From: Octopus sinensis
Taxonomy: Eukaryota
Direction of reading: 5' to 3'
Length of the DNA stretch: 64,000 bases
NCBI RefSeq assembly: GCF_006345805.1
Contig: NC_043000.1
Coordinates: forward strand, 19,592,001-19,656,000
Below the pieces are notes generated by a model. That model ran no database searches. It had not been told where the DNA came from and saw nothing but the letters and a program-made list of their open reading frames with translations. The translations under genes and the position numbers were made by a program. Shown here piece after piece: positions 51,886 through 64,000 of this stretch. Position 1 is the stretch's first letter. Each line of letters opens with the position of its first letter.

Positions 51886-52447
51886 GTTATTATTATAATT
51901 TATTATTATTTATTATTTTTATTTTTATTTATTATTATTATCATTATTTATTATTACTAACATTATTTATTATTATTATCATGATTATTTATTATTATTA
52001 TCATCATTATTTATTATTATTATCATTATTTATTAATAATATCATTATTTTTATTTTTATTATTATTATTATTTTTATCATTATTATTTTCATCATTATT
52101 ATTATTTTCATCATTTTTATTTTTATCATTATTTTTATTTTTATCATTATTATCATTTTTATCATTATTATTATTTTCACCATTATTATTATTACTATTA
52201 TCATTATTATTATTTTTATCATTATTATTATATTTATCATTATTATTATTTTTATCATTATTATTATTTTTATCGTTATTATTATTTTTATCATTACTAT
52301 TATTTTTATCATTATTATTATTTTTATTATTTTTATTTTTATTATTATTTTTTTTCATCATCATCATCATTATCATCATCATCATCATCACCACCATCAT
52401 CATCATTATCATCATCATCATCATCATCATTATTATTATTATTATTA

Positions 52448-52487
<40 letters not shown>
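50690..52487. repeat. 1.8-kb degenerate (TTA)n array grading into 12-15-nt periodic T/ATC units and (CAT)n
   Basis: Direct reading. Confidence 0.96.
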
Positions 52488-53032
52488 GAGTGAGAGAGCA
52501 GGGCATGCCATCAAAGTGACACTGGGTAAAATATATAAAGCCCAGTATACCCATCAGGACTACCCGTCTGATAAGGGTACACCAGGTACATGTATCACAA
52601 CCACACGTGCACGACATGAACTCATATCAAAATAAACAGTGCATGACCTTACAGGTGGGGCCCAGTTGCAATTTTCCTCACGTCGAGTAGCCCATCCGGC
52701 TAAAAAGCTACCCGAATAAGGGTTGTTAAAGGATGGTGAATGAAACACTCATGAGGTGATTTAACCAAACCCCAAAGAATTCCCCTCAACACATGGCTAC
52801 GACGCTCCCCCACTATTTCTGTTCGTGATCAGAGATGTACATATCGTCAGCCACTAAGGGACATGCTCAACTGGTTATGGTTAAACAACTGACAAGCAAA
52901 TCTGTGGTATTGAGCGGAATATTTGCTGTAGCCCATCTTCTATACTAAGACAAAACATGTACATGATAGCACTTCCAGTCAGTTAAGATCAGAAGCCATG
53001 AGAGCCACTGTCTTGTACTGCATCAGGGCATT
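52488..53032 (-). mobile_element. Family E, full-length, more diverged copy inside (TTA)n/(TCA)n
   Basis: Same termini as 22771-23322. Confidence 0.88.
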
Positions 53033-53054
53033 TATTATCATTATTAATAATATT

Positions 53055-53104
<50 letters not shown>

Positions 53105-53499
53105 TATTATTATTATTATTATTATTTTCGTCATCATCAATATCATTATTATTAACAAAAACTTTGAGATGTTTGATATGTTTAACATGAGAGTGCTACT
53201 TCACTGCTCCGAAAAAGCTAAGGATAACATCAATAAAAACAGCAATTCAAAGTGAAAAAATGGCGAAAATATTGAAGGATAACTGTGTGAGTTTTATTTG
53301 AAAAATGTTTTCAACATTAACTCACATAGCTTATGTATAAGAAATCTCGTAGTATCCAGTGATGTGGGAATGCATACAATGAGTTCCTCTACCCTAGGCG
53401 TATGGAAAATATGCGGCGAGAAATGGGAGAAAATTTGAAGAAAGAAAGGAAAAAATAATAATAAAGTACCAGGTAGTGGCTCTCATGGCTTCTGATCTT

Positions 53500-54159
53500 A
53501 AAGAAACTAATGGAGCACGTTCCATATCGACACTAGTCTGATTCTACACTCCATAAAATGACAAAGGATACAAATACAAACCACCTCATTGCACTCGAAG
53601 TTAAAAAAGGATTGTGTACTTTAGGGTCTAATATATATTTTAAAAAAGGCCGAAAAATTGCGCTTTCAAAACTCGACATCGCTCGAAACAAACTGGTATC
53701 TGAAAAAAAAAACTAATGTGAATCTAAATAAATGGTCGTGTCTATGAACATATTCCTTCTTAGCCAGGACTGGGCAGCCAGAGATAATATGATTTATTGT
53801 TTCTTGCCCATCACCACATATTCTGCAGTTACTTGTTATGCTTCTTTTCATTATATGTTTCTTGATAATTTCTGCTTACGTATATTAAATCTCGTAGTAG
53901 CGGGTGATGTGGCACCACATATAAAGAAACTAATGGAGCACATTCCATATCAACACTAGTCTGATTCCGTACTCCACAAAATGACAAAGGATACAAATAC
54001 AAACCGCCTCATTCCACCCGAAATTAATAAGGGATTTTGTACTTTGGGGTCTAATATATCAAAAAAGGCCGAAAAATTGAGCTTTCAAAACTCGACATCG
54101 CTCGAAACAAACCGGTATCTGAAAAAAAATACACTAATGAGAATCTAAATAAGTGGTCG
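53500..54159. repeat. ~237-bp direct repeats (53500-53738, 53923-54159) flanking an R4 zinc-knuckle fragment on the minus strand
   Basis: Repeats about 88% identical by eye; the middle encodes CRICGDGQETINHIISGCPVLAKKEYVHRHD. Confidence 0.8.
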
Positions 54160-54490
54160 AACTTTACTTCAAGTCTTGCAAAAGTAGAAATAAAATAAAA
54201 AATTAAAGAAAAAAAGTAAAAGACATAAAGATACACGAGGGAAATACGTTTCTATTCTACATGCCTATTCTACAGCTCTACTTTACATAAAAACGTAACT
54301 ACAACAACAACAAAAAACTAAGTACAATTTATATAATATTTGAAAAGGAAATAGCCTGAATATAAAGGTAACGTTGGATCCCAAAAGAACTAGCTGACTT
54401 ATGATACACTCACAAGAGCAAAAAATAACAGAAATCGACATAAAACATTTATAAGAAAAAATATATTGCACAAGTATTAGTAATCAACAG

Positions 54491-54529
<39 letters not shown>

Positions 54530-54559
54530 GTCAGAAAAAAACAGTGATAATAAAACTTT

Positions 54560-55720
54560 GGGAAAAGCCTATCGCGTGCAAACCAACCAATATGAATTAG
54601 AAAATACAAAGACAAAATCAATCCCTAGAATACAGACTACTGACCAAGAAGAACCAAACCTAAGCAACAGGAACAAAAATATAATTAAATGGAAATATGA
54701 GGAAAATTTATGAATAAAAAATTCTAAACGTCGAAGTCATGAACATGACAATATAAAAGAGGAAGCAAAAAATTAAAAACAATAGATGATCGGCCTATCG
54801 GCTAAGGAAAGCATCTCCCAGTGATAATACTCACAATAAAATAGCAACAATAATAAAATACGCAGACCTGGCTATCATAATTGTAAACGGATACGAACAT
54901 CAATATCACAAGGTTAAATGCAATCATACATACGGCATCTACTGTAATTACAAAAGAAAGTGGATGCTCTCTCAGATCTACTCATATGGGAATATCAAAA
55001 CCCAAACGAACAACGTGGACAACAATTATACAGAAAAGAAAATACGACAAAAGATCTCTCAATTCCTAATGAGATCAATAATGAAAAGAAAGAACTGAAA
55101 GAAACAGAAAGGCAAATGCTAAAGAAATATAAGATAACAGAAAAGAAGTCTGCGAAATCAAAGAAGGCTTGAAACAAGAGATCTTCGTTAAATCACAAAG
55201 AGTATGTCGGCATGAAAAGCAACAATAATTCTTTAAACAAAACAGACTCTAAGAAAAACTTTAATACAGAACTAATTAAAAATAAAATAGAAATCAATCC
55301 AACACCAACAGCAAGGGAAGTAAAATATAAATTAGCAATGAGTATTGATGAAGCTGAAAATAACACCTGGCTGACTCTCAGAGAGGAAGGCTACATTAGT
55401 CTCCAAGTCGAAAGAAGATAATAGATTCTAAATACTAACTACAGACAAATAGCCTGTCTCCTATAGCTTACAAAACTTTAGCTGTAATACTACTGGGGAG
55501 GATAAGCAAATAGATGAGAAAAAGAAAGGTTTCCATAGAAGAAGGAATACTGCACAGGTCTAACATGCTTATAAAGATCAATTTTTGATCAAAAAGACTT
55601 AACTGAAGATCGTAGCGAGAGAAAGAAAGATTTGAGCAAAGCATAAATTGACGAACTGAAGGCTTTTGACAATGACCGCCGTGCATAGATTCTCGAGATT
55701 TTAGTCATTTGAACTAAAGG
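54560..55720 (+). mobile_element. Heavily decayed R4/Dong-like relic (N-terminal region to early RT)
   Basis: EIKEGLKQEIFVKSQRVCRHEK vs IKETLKQKVQAKAQRIRRFEK; TNYRQIACL; LSKA*IDELKAFD vs LSTAWIDYKKAFD. Confidence 0.7.
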
Positions 55721-57034
55721 TTTTCTTTTTGAGAGGGTGTTTGCTCTTATTCTTCTTGTTGTTGTTATTATTTGTGGGGTTGAAGGTGGAGTTGTTGCTA
55801 GTCTTGTTCCAGTTGCTTGCTATTCCTGCTTCTGCGGGGACGGAAGGCGCTGATAGTGACAGCGGTTGTAGTGGAGATAGTGAATAAGGTGATGTGATGC
55901 TGGTGATGGTGGCGGCGGTGGTGGTGGTGGTTGTGGTGGTGGTTGTGGTGGTGGTGGTGGTGGTGGTGGTGGTGGTGGTGGTGGCAGTGGTAGTGGTAGT
56001 GGTGGTGGTGGTGGTTTTTTTGTTTTTTTGTTTTTTGTTTTTTTTTTTCAATGCCATCGTTCCTACCACCATATTTTAAATTGCTGACGATGGCGGAGGA
56101 AGAGATATTGCAATGCCACAACTGAAGGCGATGATCATAATAACGTCGCCACCACTGAAGAGGGAGATGCTCATTTCATATCTCCAACTTCCTGTTACTG
56201 TTTTACTCTTCCCTTTATGTCTTCCTCCTTCATCATAAACAAACGACGCCATTGAAACGACCAGCGCATACAGCGCTGCTGGTCAATTCCGCAACAAGAC
56301 AGAACACATTAATGGCGAAAAAAAAAAAAATAATAATAATAAATGGTTTAAATGGGCAAAGTCGACAACAAATATAACTAATCTTCAAAGCTATAGGAAA
56401 TTGTGACTCACTCACTGTTCGATAACAACAATAAAAAGAAGCGACTGTTTTTATTTGCTGCTATTGTTGTTGTTGTTGTTGTTGGTGTTATTGTTGTTGT
56501 TGTTGTTTTTGTTGTTGTTACTACGACGGTGACTACAACCAACTGAAAGAGTTCAATTTACATTAACCTAAATAACTGATTAGTATTCAAAAGTAACTGA
56601 AGTCAAATCCGGTTTTATAATCGAACACTTAAGAGCCTCAATCACGAAATATGCCGTCACAGTGCAAATGACAGCAACAACAGGCAATATGATAACTAAT
56701 GGGGGGAAAAAACCAACTCGAGGGCCATATCGACTCATACATAGATACATACATAAGCAGTGTGTAGGAGAACGCAAAGTAAACGTGATGTAGATAACAT
56801 AGAGTAGCGCTAAAACGGACCATAACTTAAACTCCAACATTTTCATCCAGATCCTCTTACACTTAAAGTTAGTGTTAAGAAAGGTCCCTCGTCATGCTTT
56901 TCTGTTACATAACTCCAACTACTTTCTGTATTCTGTAATCTGTAATTTGTATTCCATACAATTATAAGCATTAAGCATACCGTGTCTATCTGCCTTTCTA
57001 ACTAGGTTTATGCTTATATATATATATAGTTATA

Positions 57035-57194
57035 CATGCAAGTTGAAAGCGGGAAAGTAGAATGGCTTAAAATTCGTAAAATAATTTAGTTAGTTTTGGA
57101 TTGATCAATTTCTGAATTAGTTTGATAATTCTTCGTTCATCTACAAAACATATCAAGCGAAATAAATGAAAATATCTATACATACCCACAGAAG

Positions 57195-57235
<41 letters not shown>

Positions 57236-57581
57236 TGTGTGTGTGTGTGAATATTTGTATGTACTGGCAGTTTTCGTGTGCTTGCTTTTCTGTGGATATA
57301 AATCCTTAAATCCTTAAAAATGTTTTGGCCCGAAGGCCGCGGCCATGCTGGGGCACCACCGCTGATGTAATCGACGAGGATGAGATTTGAACTCACGCGG
57401 GGAGACCCTAATGGATTAGCAGTCCATCGCCTTAACCACTCGAGATATTTTAATTTATTTCGCTTAGTATGTTTTGCTGATGAAGGAAGAGTTGTCAAAC
57501 TAATCCAGAAATTGATCAATCCAAAACTAAATTATTTTATGAATTTTTAGCCATTCTACTTTCCCGCTTTCAACTTGTGCG
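57035..57581. mobile_element. MITE with ~100-bp TIRs and TA(TA) flanks
   Basis: 57035-57134 vs 57486-57581 inverted, about 90% identical; TATA at 57031-34 and 57582-85. Confidence 0.82.
57372..57442 (-). pseudogene. 5'-truncated tRNA-Ser(GCT) copy lacking about the first 11 nt
   Basis: CGAGTGGTTAAGGCGATGGACTGCTAATCCATTAGGGTCTCCCCGCGTGAGTTCAAATCTCATCCTCGTCG: anticodon GCT (57418-57420), long variable arm, T arm, but no 5' acceptor strand. Confidence 0.82.
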
Positions 57582-57863
57582 TATACGTGGAGTGAACATT
57601 TAAAGTGGTGGAACGAATTCGGCGTCTTCTTTCAGTACGGTACCCCTTACAATTAATATATATATATATAATGCTCGAAATGAAGAGTAGATAGACAAAC
57701 AAAAACTGATGAAGGGTCGTTCTTTATGTTACTTGTCCTGTTTTCCATTTGTTTCTCTCGCTTATGTATTCAACTCTTTTGTTTTCATATTTCATGTTGT
57801 TTACGGTTTGTGACGCCTGTATCCATATGTGGCATATGTGTGTGTGTTTGTGTATGTGTACAT

Positions 57864-57898
<35 letters not shown>

Positions 57899-57947
57899 GG
57901 GAGACTTCACGAAAAAAAAACACAAGAGGAAGACAGATATATATATA

Positions 57948-57990
<43 letters not shown>

Positions 57991-58409
57991 TATATATATG
58001 TGCATATATATATATTATTTATATTATATATAGAATATGGGTCACTAATTCGAAATTTTACAACCTAAAGGCAGGAATTATACGTCACTAAAATGAACAA
58101 AGGCACTAATCAGCACTAGTATCGCTAGAAATAATAGTCAAAACAGCTCAATAGCCAACAAAAGTACTATCTTAATGAGCTGACAAGGAAGACAACCTCC
58201 CTACAGCTTTTGTTGGCAATTAAGTTGTTTTGACTCGCTGTGTTCCACTGCACATCTTGCCATTTTTCAACGGTCCCAATAGCATATTAGTTTTTCTATG
58301 AGAAGTTGCTGAAGCCTTCTCTGTGACTGAAAAAAAAATAGGAAGCTATGGATATGGTTCACATGGTGAATAGTAGATGATTCTGAGAAAGAAAGACAGA
58401 GTGAGAGAA

Positions 58410-58464
<55 letters not shown>

Positions 58465-58812
58465 TAGACAGACAGACAAACAGAGACAGTGAGAGAAACA
58501 CAATGAGACAGAGAGACACACAGTGAGACAGAGAAACATACAGTGAAACAGAGAGATACACAGTAAGAAAGAGAGTAAGAAGGGAGAGTAAATTTAAGAG
58601 AGTCAAAGAAAAAGAGAGAGAAAGAGATAGAAAGAAAGAATAATCGAGTCAAGGGTTTAACTAAGAAGTACCAGACAAGTCAAATCTTTCCTTCTTTCTT
58701 TCTTTCTTTCTTCCTTTCTATGTCTCTTCCTCCCTCTCTCTCTCTCTCTCTCGTCCTTCATCTCCCTCTTCCTTTCTCTCTCTCTCCCTCCTTCCCTTCT
58801 GCTTCCTTTCTC

Positions 58813-58865
<53 letters not shown>

Positions 58866-59424
58866 ATCCTCTCTCAGAGCCGTCTGTGTTACGCTTTGGG
58901 AACCATCCATAGAGTGGTGCAAAAATATAAAGCAGGGGCGGCTTTTTTATTTCAACAAGCGGGCCGCATGAGACATGGCTCATCATCCAGCAAGCTGCCC
59001 AATTAAAATCATTCAAAGTAATTTTATGTTAAGCATGCAATTCAAAAAGTCCCGCGAGCAGCAGATTGCCCATGAGTAATAGAAAACTAATTATAGTACA
59101 AATTTGAGTGATGCGAAACGAAGTGAGGAGTGCCAGTAATACGAGTTAAGGGTACCTGTGTTACGGTTTAAGTGAAGTTTTATTACAGTCGTGTCCCACT
59201 GCATGGTTTGACTTCAATGTTGGTCTGTCCTTCTTTAAATTTCTTCATATGCTTTGGCGGGGCTGTGAGGTAAGAAATTTGTTTCCCAATCACAGGATTC
59301 CTGGTTCAGTGCCACTGCGTGGCACTTAGGGCAAGTTAGCTTCTACGCTAGCCTCGGGCCGATTAAAACCTTGTGAGTGTATTTGGTAGACGGAAACTGA
59401 AAGAAGCACGTCGTACATGTGTGT

Positions 59425-59480
<56 letters not shown>

Positions 59481-59580
59481 TGTGTGTGTTTACCTTTGTG
59501 TTTGTACCTGCCTTCTGCTAACACTTGACAACCGTTCAGCAAAAACAGACCAATTGAATAAGTACCAGGTTTTACAATAA

Positions 59581-61761
59581 CACTGGTCAACAGCCAATTT
59601 TCATACAGGATATTATATGGTGTTTTATACGTAGTTTTGTCCGCAGATTTCAAAAATGCTATCGGTTTCCTTCTATTAGGCACAGTTTTTCTGATGAGAT
59701 AAGAGAGGTATATAACTCCCATCAGCAGTATCGCTACACGTAAACGTCTTATACAGGTAAATTTTGACTTATGTTTTATAACTAATTGTATTCATTTTGT
59801 AATTTTATGTTTTCATAATCTTTTCTTTTCATAAATTTTACTTTCTGTTTAAGGTGCCAAGTCATCATCATCATCAAATTCTACTCAGAATGTCAAGGCA
59901 TTGCAAGAACAGTCCTGATATATTTTGTCATGTCTGTGGTTCATTTACCACCAAAACTCAGCAACGTGCCATCACAAGTGAAATCAAGAAGATCTTCCAG
60001 TTATACTTTGGCTGCTCTCTAGGGGACCAAGATAGGAGTTAGGCCCCGCACATCATCTGCTCAGCTTGTTCAAATGGACTAAGGGATTGGTTAAATAAGA
60101 GGAAGATAGCAATGCCGTTTGCAATACCTATGATATGGAGAAAGCCAAAGGATCATTTCATGGACTGTTATTTCTGCAACGTTGATGTATGTGGGTTTAA
60201 AGACCAAGCATAAGATTGTGTATCCGAACTTGGAATCAGCAAGAACATCAGAACCACACGACGATGATGATCTTCCTTTTTCAATACCACCAGAAAATGG
60301 CCTTCAGATGTCTCACGAAGATGTATTTCCTGAAGAAAATACTACTGCTGTGGAAGACACCGAAGTGGATGCAGATTTCACGATTGAAAATGAAGACATG
60401 CCACAGAAATTAGCATCTCGCCTACAAGAAAAGTGCTTAAGAAAGATGTTTGTATTACTCATTTCAGGAAGAGATATAGGGATCTGACTTCATGCTTCCC
60501 TGTTGATGGACCACTTTGTTTCAGTAATAACATTGATGAGTTATTTCGCTGTTTGCTCCAAGAGCATATTCCAGCTAAATGGCGCTTATTCATTGATTCA
60601 TCTAAGAGAAGCCTCAAGACAGTACTACTACACAAAAGCAATAAGAAACCATCCATTCCCATAGGACATTCAATGCAAATGAAGGAGTGTTATGAAAACA
60701 TGCAAGTACTCCTCAATACCCTAAAGGATACAAACTACAGCTGGAAAATATGTGGAGACTTGAAGGTGATTGTAATGTTGATGGGAATGCAATCTGGGTT
60801 CACGAAATATTGTTGCTTTTTATGGGACAGTCGTGCAACTAACAAGCATTATGTGCAATCAGAGTGGCCTTTGCGAAAATTATATGAGCCGGGAGTTCCT
60901 AGCGTCCAGAGTAAGCCACTTTTAAACTCAGAAAATGTTCTTCTTCCCCGCTTCACAGAAACCTTGGTCTCATGAAACGAGTCGTGAAGACACTTGCCAG
61001 AAAAAGCTCAAAAGGTTTTGAATATGTGAAGGCCAAATATCCAAAAATCACTGAGACAAAACTGAAGGAGGACTTATTCATAGGCTCGTAGATAAAAGAA
61101 CTCCTGAAGGACAACCACTTCCTCACAGCATTGGATGAGACTGAGCTTAAAGCCTGAAAATCCTTCAAATGGCTCTGTAAAAATTTCCTAGGCAACAAGA
61201 GATCTCTAGAGTTTAGAAATGGAGTGAAATGTCTTCTAGACTCCTACGCTGCAATGGGCTGTCGGATGTCACTAAAAGTTCATTTCGTTGATTCACATCT
61301 GGACTTTTTGCAGAGAACCTTGGAGCAGTGTCTGATATGCAAGGAGAACGCTTTCATTAAGATATTGCATCGATGGAACAATGATATCAAGGATTTTGGA
61401 TTGCAGGAATGTTAGCTGACTACTATTGGATGTTATACAGGGATGAACATGAGACAAAACACCATAGAAAGTCCAAATCCAAAATTTTTTAGTTGTTATG
61501 CATTTGAGTGTATTCTAACTTATTTTTACATAATAATTTTAATATTGTACAATAAAAAGCTATGAAATTATTGTATCTTGTATTCAATATACTTTATGTA
61601 TGACATGTTTTATGTATCCTATAAGTAGGTATCATTAACATGAAAATGTGACCTGATACAGGAAATCGGACTTCAGATTTGTAATCAACATCAAAAATTA
61701 ACCCAGAAAAGTTTATCAGCAACTCTGATGATTAAAAAAAGTTTCATTTTGTTGACCAGTG
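59581..61761 (+). mobile_element. Full-length (2181 bp) Chapaev3-like DNA transposon with intact ends
   Basis: 12-bp TIR CACTGGTCAACA / TGTTGACCAGTG; TAA duplicated at 59578-80 and 61762-64; family assignment from CAC..GTG ends, TWA TSD and protein motifs (recall). Confidence 0.8.
59890..61492 (+). pseudogene. Disrupted Chapaev3-like transposase
   Basis: MSRHCKNSPDIFCHVCG...GDQDRS*APHIICSAC...DCYFC; WRLFIDSSKRSLK; WKICGDLKV; GFTKYCCFLWDSRA; HFVDSHLDF..NLGAVSD..GERFH; several stops and frameshifts. Confidence 0.82.
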
Positions 61762-62233
61762 TAATTAAGGTGGTCGATTTGTTCGTGTAACACCTTTCAA
61801 GGCGGTGGCCCAGCATGGCCGCAGTTCAATGACTGAAACAAGCAACAATAAAAGATACAACGTTGCAGCTCTTCACGCCATCTTTACATCACTTAAAATT
61901 TATCTATCTATAGCTTTCTCTTCTTTATTTCTCTCTCTCTCGATCTCTCGATCTCTCTCTCCCTCTATATATACATGCATACATATATGTATGTATGTAT
62001 ATATATCATTCTTTCTTTCAGCTTCTCTCTCTATCTTTCTCTTTCTCCCTCTTTCTCTCCTTCTCTCTCCCTCTCTCTCTCTCTTCTATTTATAAATTCA
62101 CATTGAATTACTTAGTTATAAATCGAATATTATTTATGGATGAGTGGATACGTAGATAGTTATATGTTTGGTTGAGTGATTGGATATTTTGATGGATAAG
62201 TGGATTGCTGGATCGATCGATAAACATATGAAT

Positions 62234-62525
<292 letters not shown>

Positions 62526-62859
62526 AACAGGTGGAAAGATGAATAAATAGTGTTACGGATATGAAATGTTTGTTTCAAACAAATGTCAAGTAAGTAAAAC
62601 CCAATGTTCGGTTGGCTTCGCCTTCAAAACAGTGAATGGCTATTTTGTTCAGATGAAATCGAAAACCCGAACGTATTCTGTTTTGGATTGAAAAGATTTT
62701 CAAAACTATCTGCAGGAGAAATTGAATGAAAAGAGCCAATTCTTCCTGATTCTAACAATAACGGATGTCTTCATTGAATTTCTGCGGAAAAGAAATCGAA
62801 GAAGAGTGATTGTATGAAAGTCCTTTTGCTGTACATATATTGTTAGAACAATGGCGACA

Positions 62860-62925
62860 AGCGGATGACGGTCGCAACTGTGACGTCATAGCTGTAAAGC
62901 GATTTCGAGTGAGCTGATTGGTGAA
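62860..62925. promoter_or_regulatory. Candidate cis-element cluster: CRE palindrome, CRE half-site and CCAAT box
   Basis: TGACGTCA 62881-62888, TGACG 62866-62870, ATTGG 62917-62921 in a locally CpG-rich non-repetitive patch. Confidence 0.25.
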
Positions 62926-64000
62926 ACGAAATAATAACAAATAAAATAATAAATTAGAGAAAATATAAAATATCCATTTGTTACATAAATATTCGGAGAA
63001 ACATTGCACGCCATATTGAATATGAGATCAAAATTAAAACCTTATAAATATTTTTTATTTTTTTCTATTTATCTTCTTTTTACTATTCATCGTCTTTTTT
63101 TAAATTTTTGTTCTGGTGTGTTATTGTTTTGCCTTTCTCCTTGCCTTTCTTTCTTGTTCTTTCTGTCTTCCCTTCATGTATATTCGTGCGCACGAATGTT
63201 TCTCTATGTATTTGCTTCTCCCACGACTTATTTTTCAATACCCTCCACGCTCTTACTCACTCACTTCCTCATAATCGTTCTATAATCCCTCTCTCCTTCT
63301 CCATCTCCCCATCTCTCTCTCTCCCTCTCTCTTTCTCTATATATTTATCTATCTATTTGTATTTTTCTTGATTATGTCTATTTTCCTGTTCTTTCATTTT
63401 TTTATTCTTAAACAAGCACAAATACAATCTCTTTAATACGTCTTCCAATTACCGTCCACGTTCTTGTTTAGCCCTAAGTTATGTCTGATCGAGCAGGCCA
63501 ATGATCAAATACATTCCAGCCTTGCCCACGCCATCTTATTTACAATATACTAAAGCACCACTATTCTGATGTGTCGTTTCCTTTGTAATTCATGTGTATG
63601 AGTGTGTGCATAAGCATACATTTATAACAACGTATGTGCGTATGTGTGCGTGTGTGTGGTGTGTGTGTGGTGTGTGTGTGTGTTGTGTGCATGGGGATAA
63701 GGGTGGAAAGCAGGTATTGCCGAGTAGTTAAGAAATTCGCTGCACAATCATGAGGTTCTGGGTTAGATCCTAATTTAGAGATGTCTTTTGGTATTACCTC
63801 AGGTCGATCCAAGTCACTGTGAGTTTGTGAGTCTCGCTCAGTATTGGAAAACATTGACGATATTGTTGGTGATGCTATTGCTGACAGTATCCTTATGTCG
63901 CTGATGCTACTATCTATTGTATGTTTTATAATTTTGTCTGGGCTAAATGGAAAAGATAGTGTCGCAGCGGTGTTATTGGGCTTTGTCAATGGACTGAGTG

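Larger units (their letters stand above)
59255..61855 (+). mobile_element. SINE family A split by the Chapaev-like transposon (59255-59580 and 61762-61855)
   Basis: GAATAAGTACCAGG before and GGTCGATTTGTTCG...CAGCATGGCCGCAG after are consecutive parts of family A. Confidence 0.82.

Noticed and set aside
55701-56121. Thr/His-rich ORFs resembling a mucin or transcription-factor exon
   Set aside because: Driven by (GGT)n/(TTG)n repeats; the neighbouring 55420-55720 is explained by the R4 relic; no splice or homology support.

Overview
Eukaryotic, AT-rich, repeat-saturated 64-kb window with one 100-N scaffold gap (42723-42822). The SINE families resemble, from recall rather than a search, those of coleoid cephalopods, most likely Octopus. 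No host protein-coding gene could be identified with confidence; almost all ORF-track entries are translations of microsatellites. Content: at least four tRNA-headed SINE families in many copies; R4/Dong-type RLE LINEs (one 2.9-kb copy broken mainly by frameshifts, plus relics); Tx1/L1 and RTE relics; a 5'-truncated Penelope-like element (RT + GIY-YIG); mariner, DD37D (maT) and Chapaev3-like DNA transposons; several MITEs; a truncated tRNA-Ser(GCT) copy; and very long microsatellites. The most interesting pattern is that different retroelement families each sit in their own microsatellite type: R4/Dong and an unexplained ~550-bp non-coding family in (TAA)n, a Tx1-like element in (CTAT)n, and a short family carrying minimal hammerhead-ribozyme-like motifs in (TA)n, including two such motifs 234 nt apart. 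All family names come from motif recognition and need database confirmation.
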